A stretch of DNA of 61,207 nucleotides, taken from NCBI RefSeq assembly GCF_001194135.2, contig NC_068981.1, positions 177,173,889-177,235,095 on the forward strand, written 5' to 3'. Shown here piece after piece: positions 37,036 through 50,879 of this stretch (its first letter is position 1; each line of letters starts with the position of its first letter). The DNA is from Octopus bimaculoides. Taxonomy: Eukaryota. The translations under genes were made by a program, and so were the position numbers. Under the pieces are notes generated by a model. It searched no databases. It worked only from the letters and a program-made list of their open reading frames with translations, and was not told the DNA's origin.

Positions 37036-37409
37036 TTTTACTCTTTTACTTGTTTCTGTCATTTGACTGTGGCCATGCTGGAGCACCACCTTTAGTCGAA
37101 CAAATTGACCCCAGGATTAATTCTTTGTAAGCCTAGTACTTATTCTATCGGTCTCTTTTGCCGAACCGCTAAGTTACGGGGATGTAAACATACCAGCATC
37201 GGTTGTCAAGTGATGTCGGGGACAAACACACACACACATATATATACATATACGACGGGCTTCTTTCAGTTTCCATCTACCAAATCCACTCCCAAGACTT
37301 TGGTCGGCCCGAGGCTATAGTAGGAGACACTTGCCCAAGGTGCCATGCAGTGGGACTGAACCCAGAACTATGTGGTTGGTAAGCAAGCTACTTACCACAC
37401 AGCCACTCC
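37036..37409 (-). mobile_element. tRNA-derived SINE (family A), full length
   Basis: Minus-strand head ggagtggctgtgtggtaag..gggttcagtcccactgc (A/B boxes); tail aacaagtaaaagagtaaaa. Confidence 0.9.
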
Positions 37410-38994
37410 TGTGCCTTTTGATACGGTTAGCAACTGCTGAATCTGTCTTAACTCCAATATATTTTACAGAATGCAGAACATTGTTCTTAACGATGAACTA
37501 CAACATTTTAACTATTTCTCTTCCTTTAGTGACCATCAATACAGATACCAAATCATCAAATCCAATGATATGATTGCTTTTTAATTCTACTTAATGATTA
37601 AGTATAAAACCATGATCACATTAAAACTTCTACATTTGGAATTAGCAGAGGTTTTTACAAAATACAAAATAACTGCTGACCAAACTTTCTTTCTATGACT
37701 AATTACAGTAGTGGTATGAGCAGTAGTAGGAGGAAAGATACAGTACTAGTTTCTGTATATTTTCAGAAGTATTACCAAAAACATTGACAGTAATAATATA
37801 TGTATATATAGCTGTAATACCAGCAATATTTATAGCACTAGTATCAATACTTAAATTCTCTTTCCAGTGAGGAGATTCACATAATACTTCCATTTTCATG
37901 AACAATTGCCAACTTTTCATGAACAATTGCCAAGCTATTCCAACACACATAATATGGTTTCTTATCTCTAAACAATACTATATTCTTAATACTCTCAGAA
38001 TAACATTAAAGAACTTTGGTTTCTTCATTAAGGAAAAAATATGTTTCATACCTAGCATACAACACACAGTCAAAAAGAGAATGTCTATGCAGTCACTTGA
38101 ACAACCAGATATTGACTACCATCTTTAAGTAAGGACACACTGGGTAGTTCTAGATATAGAATTAAATGGGATGACTGAAAAACCGTTGATAATAGGTTTA
38201 TTGTTGATTAGACCAGGTTGGCTTTGATCAAGAAGATATGTAGTCAAAGGCATTCCTACTATAATCATCCTATTTTCCTTTATCAAACATAGGACTGCAT
38301 TTACTGAATTTTCTTTTAAGATGGTAGGGTATGATTTTGAAGGAGACATGCTATTATTTCTTGTAGGCTGACAGGGTGAGCCATCGATTAGAGACTCACT
38401 CATTAGCTACTCGGCCAGGGCTAATCTGTAGCTAAACAACCTTCTCTACCTGACATATCCGTGACATACACTAACTCCAAAATCTTTTTGTTTCACACAA
38501 ATGCTATCAACTTCACTACTTTGTTTTGAGAAATCAAGTTGGATTATGTGTCAGTCTATGGACACAAGAATTAAGCAAATAATAAATCTTGGTTAGGATA
38601 AAATAACTCTGGTAGAATTAAGCTAAATTAATATTTTATCCTTGATAATAACTTACTTAGACAAACTTGTGGGAATCTAAAAATACAGTAAATTAAGATA
38701 AAAATTCTCTATCTTATGATAGCACAGGGAAAAATATAATCATTGCAATGATTTCTCAGTGTGTAACAATAAATAAGAATGCTATCAATTCTTTTAGTCA
38801 GCTAATATATAATTATTAGGAGAGCATTTGTTCTGTAATGGTGCCAGAGATAGGAGTGTTCTGCAACATTAAGTTTCTGCTTAATTGTAAATATTCAATA
38901 ATTCAAGGAAACAAATTAACTGCATCATAATTCATAAGTTAAGGTCTAGTCTTTCTAACCTGGAAAAATAATGATAAGACAATATTAAATGTTG

Positions 38995-39135
38995 TGCCGT
39001 GGTAAACAAGTTTGCTTTCCAATCACATGGTTCCAGATTCATTCCTTTTGCATAGCACCTTGAGTATAACTTCATGTTAACTAAAGTCTTTTGAATGAAA
39101 TTTGAGAGACAGAAGATGTGTGGAAGCCTGTTATA
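38995..39135 (+). mobile_element. Diverged partial SINE family A (5' part)
   Basis: gtggtaaacaagtttgctttccaatcacatggttccagattcattcc..cacctt..gtcttttgaatgaaattt..tggaagcctg. Confidence 0.6.
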
Positions 39136-39329
39136 TGTGTATAATGGCTAAAAATAAACAGAAATACTCTGTGGTATTTATTCTATTCAAGTTGCACAAA
39201 CATTTCTTATCACTTTGGCAATCTGAAATGCAGTGAACCTATGAACAGCTCATTGGAAATCTATAACCAATGATGATGCTGTTCACAAAATGCATGATAT
39301 AAAAATTAATGATAAATAATTGTACTTAC

Positions 39330-39423
39330 CCACTTTGCAATTGGACAGCCCTGACTACTTTTGCCCTCCTTTCCAGTATAAATAATTTTCTCTACACGAA
39401 CAGCCTCACCAGATAACCCAGTT
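39330..39423 (-). CDS. TET: TET exon (94 nt): [31 protein letters not shown]
   Basis: Acceptor atttctacag|A, donor TGG|gtaagt, phase 2->0. [17 protein letters not shown] is a TET signature. Confidence 0.98.
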
Positions 39424-41181
39424 CTGTAGAAATGGCAAAGATGCAAATTGAAAACATACTCAATAATTTAATTATACTAAATGAATGCTTTTTAAAGATA
39501 CAGGTCAAGTATTAAAACATTAACTTTAATTCTTACATGACACAATGCAACTCATTCATGCTTCCTTAAAAATTTTAGTATTTACTAAGAATGTGATATA
39601 TAATTGTGTATGTATATGTACATGCATGCATGTGTGTTTGTGTGTGCACATGTATAGATATTTTATTTATGTAAATGTGTTTAACAGTAACAGTAGAAAA
39701 TACAAGTGAGAAATTTTAAGAAAATGTGTGAGTAGATGTATTTGTGGAGCAAATAAGTAACAATATTTAAACATGTAAAATTATGAACACTTATGAATAA
39801 TTTTTTTTACACTCAAAATAATTTATCTTTAAATTCCAAATCTAACTATTATAATTGAAATCTTTAAAATTTCTAAAACCATCATCTTTAAAATTTGGCC
39901 ACAGGTTTCTTTTGGTTGTAATTAAGTAAAAGAGTAACTAAAAATACTAAAAGAATATTTAAATTACAATTGATACCATCTTCAATACTTCATTGTATGA
40001 GAATAATTTAAGGTGATAAATGAAGTAATTTGAAATTTGATAAATCATTACATTAGTCACGAAAAAAGAAGATTTTGTGCTTTTGGTGAGGATCTTTTTC
40101 TTTTAAAGCTATCTGTAATGTTGGAGATGTCATGGAAAAATGAGACAGGATAGAAAGTATTCTTCTTTCAGGAAGTGTCCATTTATATGTATCTATTCTA
40201 GAGTGACTTGTAAATCAAATGAATATTCAGATCAAGGAATACCTGTAACATGGTTTGTACTCACTACCCATACCTGATACCTAGCTCTCAGTATCTGTAG
40301 TTATAAGTACTCTAATTATAATATAAAGGACTTCAAATTTAGATTTTAAAGAAATAGATCTTAAAGATATTTGTGTATTTAACCTAACATTTAATTGAAA
40401 TATTTCAGATTTCTAACAGTTTAGGTTTTATTCAGACGCTCAGACCAGAATATTAAAATATGAATTACTAATTGGGAAGGCATTTAAATTCTAAAGCAAT
40501 CTTTTCAGAAACAAAAACAACACATTGTTTAGTTTTAAAAAAATAACTGAGACAGTACAGACACCAGTAAGTTAAACAATGAGTGCTTGTATTTTCTGAA
40601 ATGAATTAGTAAGAGAGACATGGTTACTGAGTGCTTGATATATGATTTACACTTCTGACTTCTAAGTTAATCTGATATTACCATAGACAATGTTTTATGT
40701 ACTTAGTTACTTTCCATTATTCAACTCTAGTCAGCTTGTCTAACTCCAAAACATGCACCAATTCCACATTAGTTGTCATTAGAGAGAATCAAAAGCAAAT
40801 TAAAAACTGAAACAAAAATCAATCATTTATAAAAAAATGTAAACCGTTTGATCTGAAAATGAATATTTTCAGTTTGCATTTTTGGACATTAATTTATCAA
40901 TGAATATTTGCAACATTTTTTGTAGAGGATCATAATTTAATAGCTTTTATAATTTTATTTGAAAAGGAAATTTTAGTTTCTCCTTATTTTTATGATCTAA
41001 ATTTAAACCATTTCTATTGACATCTGTGTCTTTGAGATTTTTCAAGAAGTTTAAAGAATGTTGGAAAAATTCCATAAGAAGCTGACAAACACAGCAATAC
41101 AGATGTTTTTAAGTTATAACTTCACTGTCAAACATTCAGCCAAATTTGAAATTACCATTTGTCGTCATTATTGCTGCTGCT

Positions 41182-41325
41182 CTGAGTTCAAATACCGCCA
41201 AGGTCGACTTTACCTTTCATCCTTTTGTGGTCGATAAATTAAGTACCAGTTGTGTACTGGGTCAATCTAATCGACTGGCCCCCTCCCACTAAATTTCAGG
41301 CCTTGTGCATATAGTAGAAAAGATT
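41182..41325 (+). mobile_element. Partial SINE family C
   Basis: ctgagttcaaataccgccaaggtcgactttacctttcatcc..gtcgataaattaagtaccag; inverted homologue at 46715-46865. Confidence 0.75.
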
Positions 41326-41546
41326 ATTGCTGCTGCTATTACTACTTTTATTAACATCATCAGCAGCAGTAACACGTCTTAATAGATTTATCATTGCCTT
41401 CCTATCATCTCTTCCTCTCTACAATCATCTCTTCTTCTGTCTGCATTGAAAACCTTTATGAAGGCTTATGAACTTTATTTTATTCTTATAATCTTTGTTT
41501 GCTTGTTGTTGCTTTTTTTCTCAAAATCAGAATATTAATTACTTAC

Positions 41547-41637
41547 CGATTTTCCATTATCTTTTTCACTTCTTCTAATGAAGACCCTACTCCTAAGTGA
41601 GTATAAAAGGGACCTTCAACAGCTTCACTAGGAACAT
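41547..41637 (-). CDS. TET: TET exon (91 nt): YVPSEAVEGPFYTHLGVGSSLEEVKKIMENR
   Basis: Acceptor ttttgtttttatgcttag|AT, donor CG|gtaagt, phase 1->2. GPFYTHLG is the conserved TET Cys-rich motif. Confidence 0.97.
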
Positions 41638-42069
41638 CTAAGCATAAAAACAAAAGCAACACAGATAAGAAATAGTTTCAAACCATTTTGTTAACAATGT
41701 TTTATTCAAGAACTCACAAGCATCTATAGGGACATTTTTTTTGAAACATCCAACACAGAAAAATACTTCATTTTCACTTTTAATAAGAAATCTTTGTTAG
41801 AGTTCAGAGAAGTTTGAAACATTTCCCTCCTTCATTGTAATTTTAGACTTCTCTTTAATATGTATTTTCTGCAAATTCATGACAACAACAATATGAATCT
41901 AAGTGAGTTGTATGTTGTGTAAGATTTCACAAAAGGTTTTAATAACTACAAGAAGTATAGAGAAGTATCCTAGTTCATCATTCTGCATTTGATAATACAG
42001 AATGATCGATTTTATATTGGAAAATAGACTTTACAGTCATTAGTTTATTACTTATTTAATTACCCCCAG

Positions 42070-44300
42070 GATCAGCAGTGAACAGCAGACCTGTGATTAA
42101 AGGCAATCCTGTTGTAACCTTTAGTGTGTTATATGTGCTATGTGCTAAGTCATTTTATGGTTTAGTCAGAAGGAAGGGTTGTATACATGACCTTTGCAGG
42201 CGCCCTGAATCCAGTGATATCAATGTGTTTGAAAATTATAGCAAGAGTGAGCACACAGCATGACTGTGTATTAGAAGTTGAAAGATATTGGTGTGCAACT
42301 CCTAGCTAATCAGTTGGATGGCTTTCTTTTGGATGCAAGCAGGAATATTCATTGTATGTAGTGGCAGAAGTGAAAGCAGTGAGTTTCATTTGAACACTGT
42401 AGAAGTTCAGCAATTGTTTGAAGTTGAGCTAAATACTTTCTGTTAGTGAAGAAGATTACTAGTCACTAGGGCATAGATTTTGTTATATTATAAATATGAA
42501 ACTACCAGGAGAAATTTTTAGTATTTGTTGTGACTTTGAAAGTTTTAGGTGTATTTTGTTGTCAAAGACTTGAGGAGATGGGGTACAAGATTTTTTTCTT
42601 GATATGTGCAGTGGTTGTGAAACAACATTGTCATGTTTCTGTTGGAGAAGACTTTTGATGTCTCTGTTCAATAAGATAGAGTAACTTCAATATGAGGCAT
42701 CTTTGTGTTAAAGGTTAGGAGAGATGACTCACGTCATTTACATATGAGTTATTAGAGATGACAGCAAACATTCTGTTGATGTACATGAGAAAGAGTGTGG
42801 AAGACATAATCAAAACTTGGAGAGTACCAGAGTTAATAGAGTGTGGTCAGACAGAGAGTGCTCTAAAAACACACATTCTAAGGGTGAGATTTAACAGGAA
42901 GCTTCTGATAAAAGAAACAAGAGATAGATGGGTTCCGTAGGTAAACTTCTTAGCTAGAAGATTCTTATGATAAACACTGTGAATGTTTTGCTGTTGAAAA
43001 GTGCAATGATGTTGTTTTCACTGAATTTCTGAAGAGAAAGAGTTACAGATGAATAACATGGAATAGGTCTCCATTAGATTTAGGGTAATAGGACCCTGAT
43101 GATTAACAGAATTCACTAAGGATGGGCAGGGATTGTCAATGTCTATTTCCATGACTTTTGAGATGTTGAAAGTAAAAACAATGATAAGTCAAGAGTTCAC
43201 ATGATCAAAGAGATATTCCTTCTTAGGAATGGGGCACACTAGTTATTTTCCAAAGATCAGGATATAATTCTTTAGTGGAACTGATAATGGAAAGGAGAAA
43301 GAGTAACTTTGGGGTGCATTATTTGAGGATAACGCATGAATAATAGAGCTGATGGCTTTGTTTTTCTGAGGTGATCAGAAATGTGTGTGTATATGTGTGT
43401 GTATATGCTTGTGAGCCGAGTCAAGTGGAGAAGGAAAGTCCGGGGTCATTTTTTTTTTGTCAAGTGTGTGCAATGTTTAGTAAGATGTGAAGTGAGAAGC
43501 AAATGTAAAAACTTTCTCTACAGGAGTAGTGTTTATGGAACCATCATGGTTGAGAGGTGGAAAGTCAGATAAAATTAATACAGATCTTCCAAGAAGATTA
43601 GTTACATTTAGAAGGCTAGAAGGTGGTTTTGGCTACATACTTAACTTAGATGGATCAAGAGTGAAGCACACATATTGTTAGTGACAGTTAGCATAGAATT
43701 GGCAGCAATTTCACTAGTTAGCTGACTTGAAATACCATAGGGTTTGAGAAATAGGAGGGTTATGTAGTTTGTGGATATCTATGGTAGGTAGTCATGATCA
43801 GGTAGTAACTGGGTGATCTGATAGATGCAGAGATGGTGGTAGCTTGGTGAAGGATACATTTGGAAATGAGAAAAAGATCAGGAGTGTCAGGAATGCATGT
43901 GTGTGTAATCAGTGGTATATGTAGGTGATGATTTGAATTGTGGAAGAGCATTAGGAACTGCAGAAGATTCAGCTTTAGCACCAACTGCATCAATACAGGG
44001 GTAGCGAGAAAGCCAAGAAGAAACCTGCACAATGAAGTCTCAGACACTGATGATACCATTGATGGGTGAAATGAGATAAATGTCCTCAAAGCAAGATGAA
44101 AAATGGTCAAACAGTTGTGATGATTGGAGAAGTTTCAGCCAATGTAACTGAAAGTCCTTGTTATTATTATGGTGAGATAGGTGAGGAAGGACATTCTACA
44201 CAGGTGCCATACAAACTATCAGTTTGAATATAATACAACCTGCAGTTGGGCAGTAGATAACAGATTAGAGGTTGGTTTTTCAGACAGAAATGAGGTTTGT
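42070..44300 (-). mobile_element. Heavily decayed CR1/L2-group LINE
   Basis: ORF 43760..44110 reads as a degraded APE endonuclease (FHPSMVSSVSET..LMQLV..TCIPDTPDLFLIS); RT-like and C-terminal remnants toward 42100. Confidence 0.55.
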
Positions 44301-44995
44301 GGTTTGTGTATGAGTTTGTGACAATTGCCAGGGTTCACAAAAAAAGCATGTGCAAATCCATGTCACTCCAACCCATACCAGCATGGAAAACAGACATTAA
44401 AGGATGATGATGATGATGATAATCAATATATACATACACACACACACATATATATATATGTATATAAACACAAAGATATAAAGACAGACAGACAGACAGA
44501 TAGATAGACAGATATAGTTAATCAAATATATTCAATAAGAATAAAGTGTACTGGATTTCAGATAAGTGCTCTTGGCATGAGAAATGTCTAAAACCTTAAA
44601 GGTATTTAGAGATTCAATTAGAGCGAAAAATTACATCAAAAAATCATAGAAGATATACATCCATAATATAAATAATATTGTATTAAGTGATAAATATATA
44701 AAGATTATTTAAAAAGGTTTTAAATAATCATACTTTATATATTTATCTATTAATACAATATTATTTATATTATGGATGTATATCTAATGGGATTTTTTGA
44801 TGTAATTTTTCCTGCTTTTACTTTCTAATAAATAAATAAATAAATAAATAAATAAATAGACAGACAGAGAGAGAGATAGATAGATAGATAGACAAGCAGA
44901 AAGATATACACATGCACACACATTTTTATTTATATGCACACGCACACATACTCATACATATATACTTATATAGAGAGACACACAATTTATATATA

Positions 44996-46288
44996 TCAGG
45001 TCATCCCATAAGTTCTGTCCGAATTTTGAATAAAGAGAACAAGTGATCAAATGTTATATTTAATTGAATTTTAATCATCAATGTACTTTTCCTGATTGTC
45101 TATGACTTCCTTCCATCTATTTACAAGCTTTTTAATCCCATAAATGTAAAACTCTTTTGGTTTCAAAGCGAAGAACTCTGAAATGTCAGTTTCGACCTCC
45201 TCCTGGCTTGCAAAAGTTATGTCCCCCAAATGATTCTGTAAACTACGAAACAAATAGTAGTCTGAAGGAGCAAGGTCGGGAGAATAAGGTGGATGAGGAA
45301 TTCTTTCCCAACCAAGCTCTTCAATCTTCTGTAATGTGATCTTTGCAGTGTGGGGTCACACATTGTCCTGATGAAACATCACTCCTTTTCAATCTACTAA
45401 AGCAGGTCTTTTTTTCTTCAAAGCTTGATTCAAACGTTCTAATTGCTGACAGTAGACTTGAGCATTGATTGTTACATTAGGTGGTAACAATTCAAAGTGA
45501 GTAACTCCTTTGCAATCCCACTAGATAGAGAGAAGAACCTTTTTCCTATGAAGTTCCCTTTTTAGTTGTGGTTGAGCTTTTTCCCTTTTACCAAGCCACT
45601 GTTTACGTTTAACATTTAGAAAGAAAATCCATTTTTCATCACCAGCCACAAGTCTATCTAAAAAGGGTGAAATGAGTTCATGAGAATGAAGAGAAGAGCA
45701 GATGTCAACTTGGGATTTGTGGTTGCTTTCAGACAATTCATGAGGCACCCATTTTCCAAGTTTAGGAACTTTTCCAAGTTGTTGAAGATGACGATGAACA
45801 GTTGTATGGTTTGAACTAAGCTTTATTGCCAATTCTTCAACTGATAATGCAGAATTTTCTTCAAGTAATGCCTCAAGGAGCTTATCATCTAACTCAACTG
45901 GACGTCCTGTTTGATCTTCATCTTGAAGGCTGAAATCTCCGCTTCTGAATTTTTCAAACTATCTTCTGCAAGTTCTTTCATTCAAGCATTCTTTCCCATA
46001 AACTGAGTGTATGTTTCGAGTCACTTCGGCTGCAGAGTTTCCTTTTTTGTACTCATAAAGCATTATGTGCCACAAATTCTGCTTGGATACTTCCATGTTA
46101 GAAAGGGTTTTAATCAAAGAAATTTTAATTCTATTATTCTGTAAAATGATATTTAATTAGTAATTAGTTTAAATGTACACAAATGCATAAAAATAATTTT
46201 TAATTCCATTAGACATTCTAAAATACTATTAAATTTCATTCAATTTTAAAAAAGGTACAAATCGGACAGAACTTATGGGATGACCTGA
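44996..46288 (-). mobile_element. Full-length mariner (D,D34D), 1293 nt, transposase pseudogene 46096..45071
   Basis: Perfect 27-bp TIRs tcaggtcatcccataagttctgtccga (44996-45022, 46262-46288) and TA TSD. 342-codon frame without frameshift, with WVPHEL, GDEKW, HQDN and YSPDLAPSDY, but 4 in-frame stops. Confidence 0.96.
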
Positions 46289-46574
46289 TATATGCAAACA
46301 TGCACACCCACACAACCATCCCAGCTGAGGGGAGATTTCAGAGTAAACTGTCAACTTCTGATATAATAAACATCGCTGTTTATTCTACCCAGTGTATTGC
46401 ATTCTATATGCTATAATGTTTGCATTATGTAAAATTTATATTAATATACTTTACAATCTTTACGTTATGTTACACACACACACACATTTATATGCATATG
46501 CATTTTTATATACATATCACTGTGTGTGTATGCATAAACATATAATCACACACACACACACATACAATCTAACC

Positions 46575-47050
46575 CAGGCCTGTGGGCCACTTTAATCACA
46601 GAAAGTTTTTTGAAGGCTGCTTGTATACTGACAGAATTGAAAGCATTTTGCTTTTTCATGCTATTATTACAATAATGAATGAATGATCGTTAATTCAACA
46701 TGAAATATTTATTTCTTTATTGCCCACAGGGGGGCTAAACATAGAGGGGACAAACAAGGATGAAAGGCAAAGTCAACCTCAGTGGAATTTGAACTCAGAA
46801 TGTAACGGCAGACGAAATACCGCTGAGCATTTCACCCGGCATGTTAACGATTCTGCCATGCCGCTCTATTCAACATGAAATATTATCGTTGCAAAAACAG
46901 TAGTAACTTTCTTTTTTACTTTTCATTACAATCTTTAATTTTTGATAAAATTTTTTAAATGTTTGTTTAAATAAACTCATTTCAAGAAAGTATCAAGCAG
47001 GCCACAAGATAAAAGTCTGTGGGCCACATGCAACCCACGGGCCAGCCCTG
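46575..47050. mobile_element. hAT-type MITE carrying a nested SINE family C fragment (46715-46865, minus)
   Basis: Ends caggcc.. / ..cagccctg; imperfect 8-bp TSD atctaacc / atctatac; internal ggatgaaaggcaaagtcaacctcagtggaatttgaactcag. Confidence 0.55.
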
Positions 47051-47353
47051 ATCTATACCAGCATGAAAAAGTGAATGTAAAACAATTATGGTATCAATTT
47101 TGGTTTACTCAATGTATATTTATAGTGTGTAATACATTTAGTTTTATAAAGTAGGTGATTTATTCTGTCACTCAAACAAAATTATTCTTGTCACCTAAAT
47201 GAATGGTCGTATGCCAGAAACTCCAAATAATGACAGGGTAAATCACCAGTTTCATACAGACATATATGTTTGTTTGTTTTCTTTCCACATTAAATTGATG
47301 TATAATCACCACAACATATCTCCACAGTATTTAAGAGCTCAATTATTAATACA

Positions 47354-47750
47354 TCTATAATAATAAAAGTGAAATTCTGTCTGTCCGTCTGGGACCCCTG
47401 TATCTCAGTCTACATTTGTTCTACATAGACATATTATACCTTTTTGGAATCGGGGTGATCCCAGGATTGAAAATCTGCTCTTCATTTGGTTCTTGAACAT
47501 CCAGCATTGAGATCAGGTCTGGATGAGGATTTGTTATATGCCAACAGTTGAAAATTCAAATTTTAAAAGAAGTCCAAAAATTTGTGAACTTACAAGTTTT
47601 CATTTAAACTGAATTTAAAGTAATACCATATTGGCAGGGTATCAATAAATGCTTTATCATTATTGCTCCCTTTAGTTTTGGGCTGCAGGCCCAATTAGCC
47701 CTCTGCAGGAGCTAGCTCAAAAGTCTGCAGGATTGTAGCTTTTAAGCTAG
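47354..47750 (+). mobile_element. Non-autonomous Helitron (~400 nt)
   Basis: A|TCTATAATAATAAAAG 5' end; 3' short hairpin ctgca-ggat-tgtag followed by CTAG|T; no TSD. Confidence 0.6.
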
Positions 47751-48213
47751 TTGTTAATGAATTGATAAATTAATACAATGAAATAAACATTGATGCAATA
47801 AATTTTCATGTATCTGAAAAATTGGTTAAAACAGTAGTTGAGGACAACATGTTTAGGACAGTAAAAAAGTAGATATTTCACAGGTGATTCATAATTAAAT
47901 TATGAATTACCTGTGAAATTTCTGCTTGTCAGCTCTTTTACTATTATACATATAATATTATATACATATTTCCAAATACATCTTGCAAACGGAAAAGTTA
48001 AGAAGTTTTTTTCTAATGTTCTACTCCACAAAAGACCAAAGGCATAAGATATTCTCTTCTGCAATGTAATGAGGAGATAAATAAAAAAATTGTTGGTAGA
48101 AATTGCATAGTGAGTGATAGTGGCACACTCATTCTCACTGATATTGAGACAAAAGAGGTATGGAATCAATACTATGGGTAGTTGCTGAATGAAGAGTTTG
48201 TATAAGAAAAAGA

Positions 48214-48600
48214 GTGGAGATGCAATGGCCCAGTGGCTAGGGCAGCGGACTCACAGTCATAGGATCGCGGTTTCGATTCCCAGACCAGGCGTTGTGAGTG
48301 TTTATTGAGCGAAAACACCTAAAGCTCCACGAGGCTCCGGCAGGGGATGGTGGCGAACCCTGCTGTACTCTTTCACCACAACTTTCTCTCACTCTTACTT
48401 CCTGTTTCTGTTGTGCCTGTAATTCAAAGGGTCAGCCTTGTCACACTGTGTCACGCTGAATATCCCCGAGAACTACGTTATGGGTACACGTGTCTGTGGA
48501 GTGCTCAGCCACTTGCATGTTAATTTCACGAGCAGGCAGTTCCGTTGATCGGATCAACTGGAACCCTCGACGTCGTAAGCGATGGAGTGCCAACAACAAC
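48214..48600 (+). mobile_element. Full-length tRNA-derived SINE family B with perfect 10-bp TSD
   Basis: A box tggcccagtgg, B box ggtttcgattcc, (CAA)n tail; TSD aagaaaaaga at 48204-48213 and 48601-48610; many CpG retained. Confidence 0.9.
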
Positions 48601-48619
48601 AAGAAAAAGAAGAGTTACT

Positions 48620-50040
48620 CCAAGTTGATTGCCACGTAATAAGAACCATTAAGGATATGAAGGAAGGGAAAGTAGTTGGTCCATTACGGATTGTTGTTGA
48701 GACACTGAAAATATCGGGCAAAGTAGGGCATGCACTGGTTACTTGCATAGTCAGTCATCAAGTGCAGGAAGGGTTTTATCCTCTACTAGTGACATATTGA
48801 TATCATTGTGACCTACTACAAGAGCAAGAAAGGACTACAGAGGTATTAAACTGATGGACTATATCATGAAAGTATCAGAGAGATCCAAACTAATCAAGGA
48901 AAGAACTTACATGATGTGCTGTTTGAATTTGTGCCAGGATTTGGGACCACTAAGACCTTCTTTTTTGTGAGGCAACTGCACAAGAAGGCCTCAGTAAAAA
49001 TAGACCACTATACTGAGCACCTATTGACTTGAATTTTTTTTTTTATGGAGTCTCCTATTCTGTTGTCTGATGACTACTAAGAAAACAGGACTAGGATATG
49101 ACATTTACTGAAAGATTGATAGCACAACTGATTAGGGAGAGAATTAGCCTGGACGTGATGCAGTTCAGTTCTGTGTTGAGTAAAGGTACTACACATGTCT
49201 TTTTCCAAACAAGACAGTTGCAAGAAAAGACAACTGCAAGAAATGAAAACCACTACAAAATAAGCTAGAAGTAAACTGCTGCACCTAGCATTTGTCAACC
49301 TTGAGAAGGTGTTGATGGGATAATCGAGTGATTGTTAAGGAAACTAGGAATAGATGGATGGCTTATGAGGGCTGTGTAAGCCAAATACAAAGGTGTAATC
49401 AGCAAGGTGAGAATAATGAGTATAGTACACATGGGATCAGTTTTCAAAGCCCTTCTATTTATCATACATTTCCAGGCCATAACAAACAAGTTTTAACATT
49501 GGTTGTCTATCAGAACTTCTACATGAAGATGTTCTTATAGCTGAAACTGCAGTAAAATTAGAGAAATTCTGGACATGGAAGTAAAACCAAGAATCAAAAA
49601 AGCCTCAAAGTAAATTAAGCATAGGCTACGATATTAGTAAGAAAAGACAAAACTCTTGTACCATCAAGGAAATAGCCTTACTCAGATTGTAGAACTATAT
49701 ACCAGGTAGAAATCTATTGAGTGCATTTGGTGTAAATTATGGATACACAACAGATATAATAGAGTCAGAGGCAGGCTAACAAGGAAGTAGACTTTATATG
49801 CAGTATATGATTAGGAGCAGTAAACTTTAAGAGCCCATCTGAAAAAGATTCACTCAAATACTTTGAGAATTCCCAGGAAATAGTTGATAGCATTTGCTAC
49901 TTAGATGATTTAATTAATGGTGGAGGTAGGTGCTCCAAAAGCATAGTAGCCAGAATAATAATACACTACAGAAGTTCAAGGAGCTGTTAACTACTTGTAA
50001 CAAAAGGTTTCTCTCTGAAAGTGAAGAGGAGACTCTATGA
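48620..50040 (+). mobile_element. Old RTE LINE RT region
   Basis: IKDMKEGKVVGPLRIVVETLKISG; YRGIKLMD; HLAFVNLEK; FCYL.DLINGGG.CS remnants with many stops and indels. Confidence 0.75.
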
Positions 50041-50879
50041 TGTTAGTATTATTGACTTTTTTTTTGTTGTTGGTCAACGGTATTTCAGGGACTTAACTAT
50101 CTCTGTTGTACCTGGGTTGTTTCCTGAAACAAGTGCCTAGCCCCCGAGTATCCTTACCACCCCTCTATTTATGGATGCATCACAATGAAGAGAGAACTCA
50201 ATATGTTTGCAGCATCCACGGAACCACAGAAAATGCCAGATATCAATTAAGTATAATCATTCATATTGCTTTGGATTCCCTCCCTCCAGATTTTCTGTTG
50301 GAGTTTACTCCCTTAATCTTTTTTGAACACTCAATAAATTACTCCACAAGGCAGCAGGGGTTTATTATTACTTTGTGCAGTCCCAGTCTTACTCTCTCTC
50401 ATCCTTCAAACTTGAACTGTTCTGGTGCAACATGTGCCATGACCCCAGGAGTTAACAGGATGCAGGACTTGTGTTATCTTCTCTTAGATGAGCAACAAAA
50501 GAGCTACAGAGCCTTATCTACCCTGGGTTTGTTGGAGTATCCGTAAGTGACTATCTTCTAGAAACAATTCCATGACATGCTAATTAACCTACAGCAGGGA
50601 TTATTACTTCAGATCTGAATAGACATGGGAACAGAAGTGACTAAGAGGTGGTTCCACACTCCTCCAAATCCTGGACTTCCTGAACCAGGGCCCCACTACC
50701 GGATGCAATTTAAAGTCATACCCAGGATGTTTGCATACCAAGTATAATATTGAATGGTTAGTGAGATGTGGACTCTAAATGCAGAGGATTTGTGAAGACT
50801 AAAGAGAAAGGAAATAAGCACGTATGCTTATTTCATTGTTGGATATGCAATAATATGTATATGTATGAAGGAGGCTCCG

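Noticed and set aside
48214-48290. tRNA-like sequence with A and B boxes
   Set aside because: It is the head of a TSD-flanked SINE with a long body and tail, not a tRNA gene.
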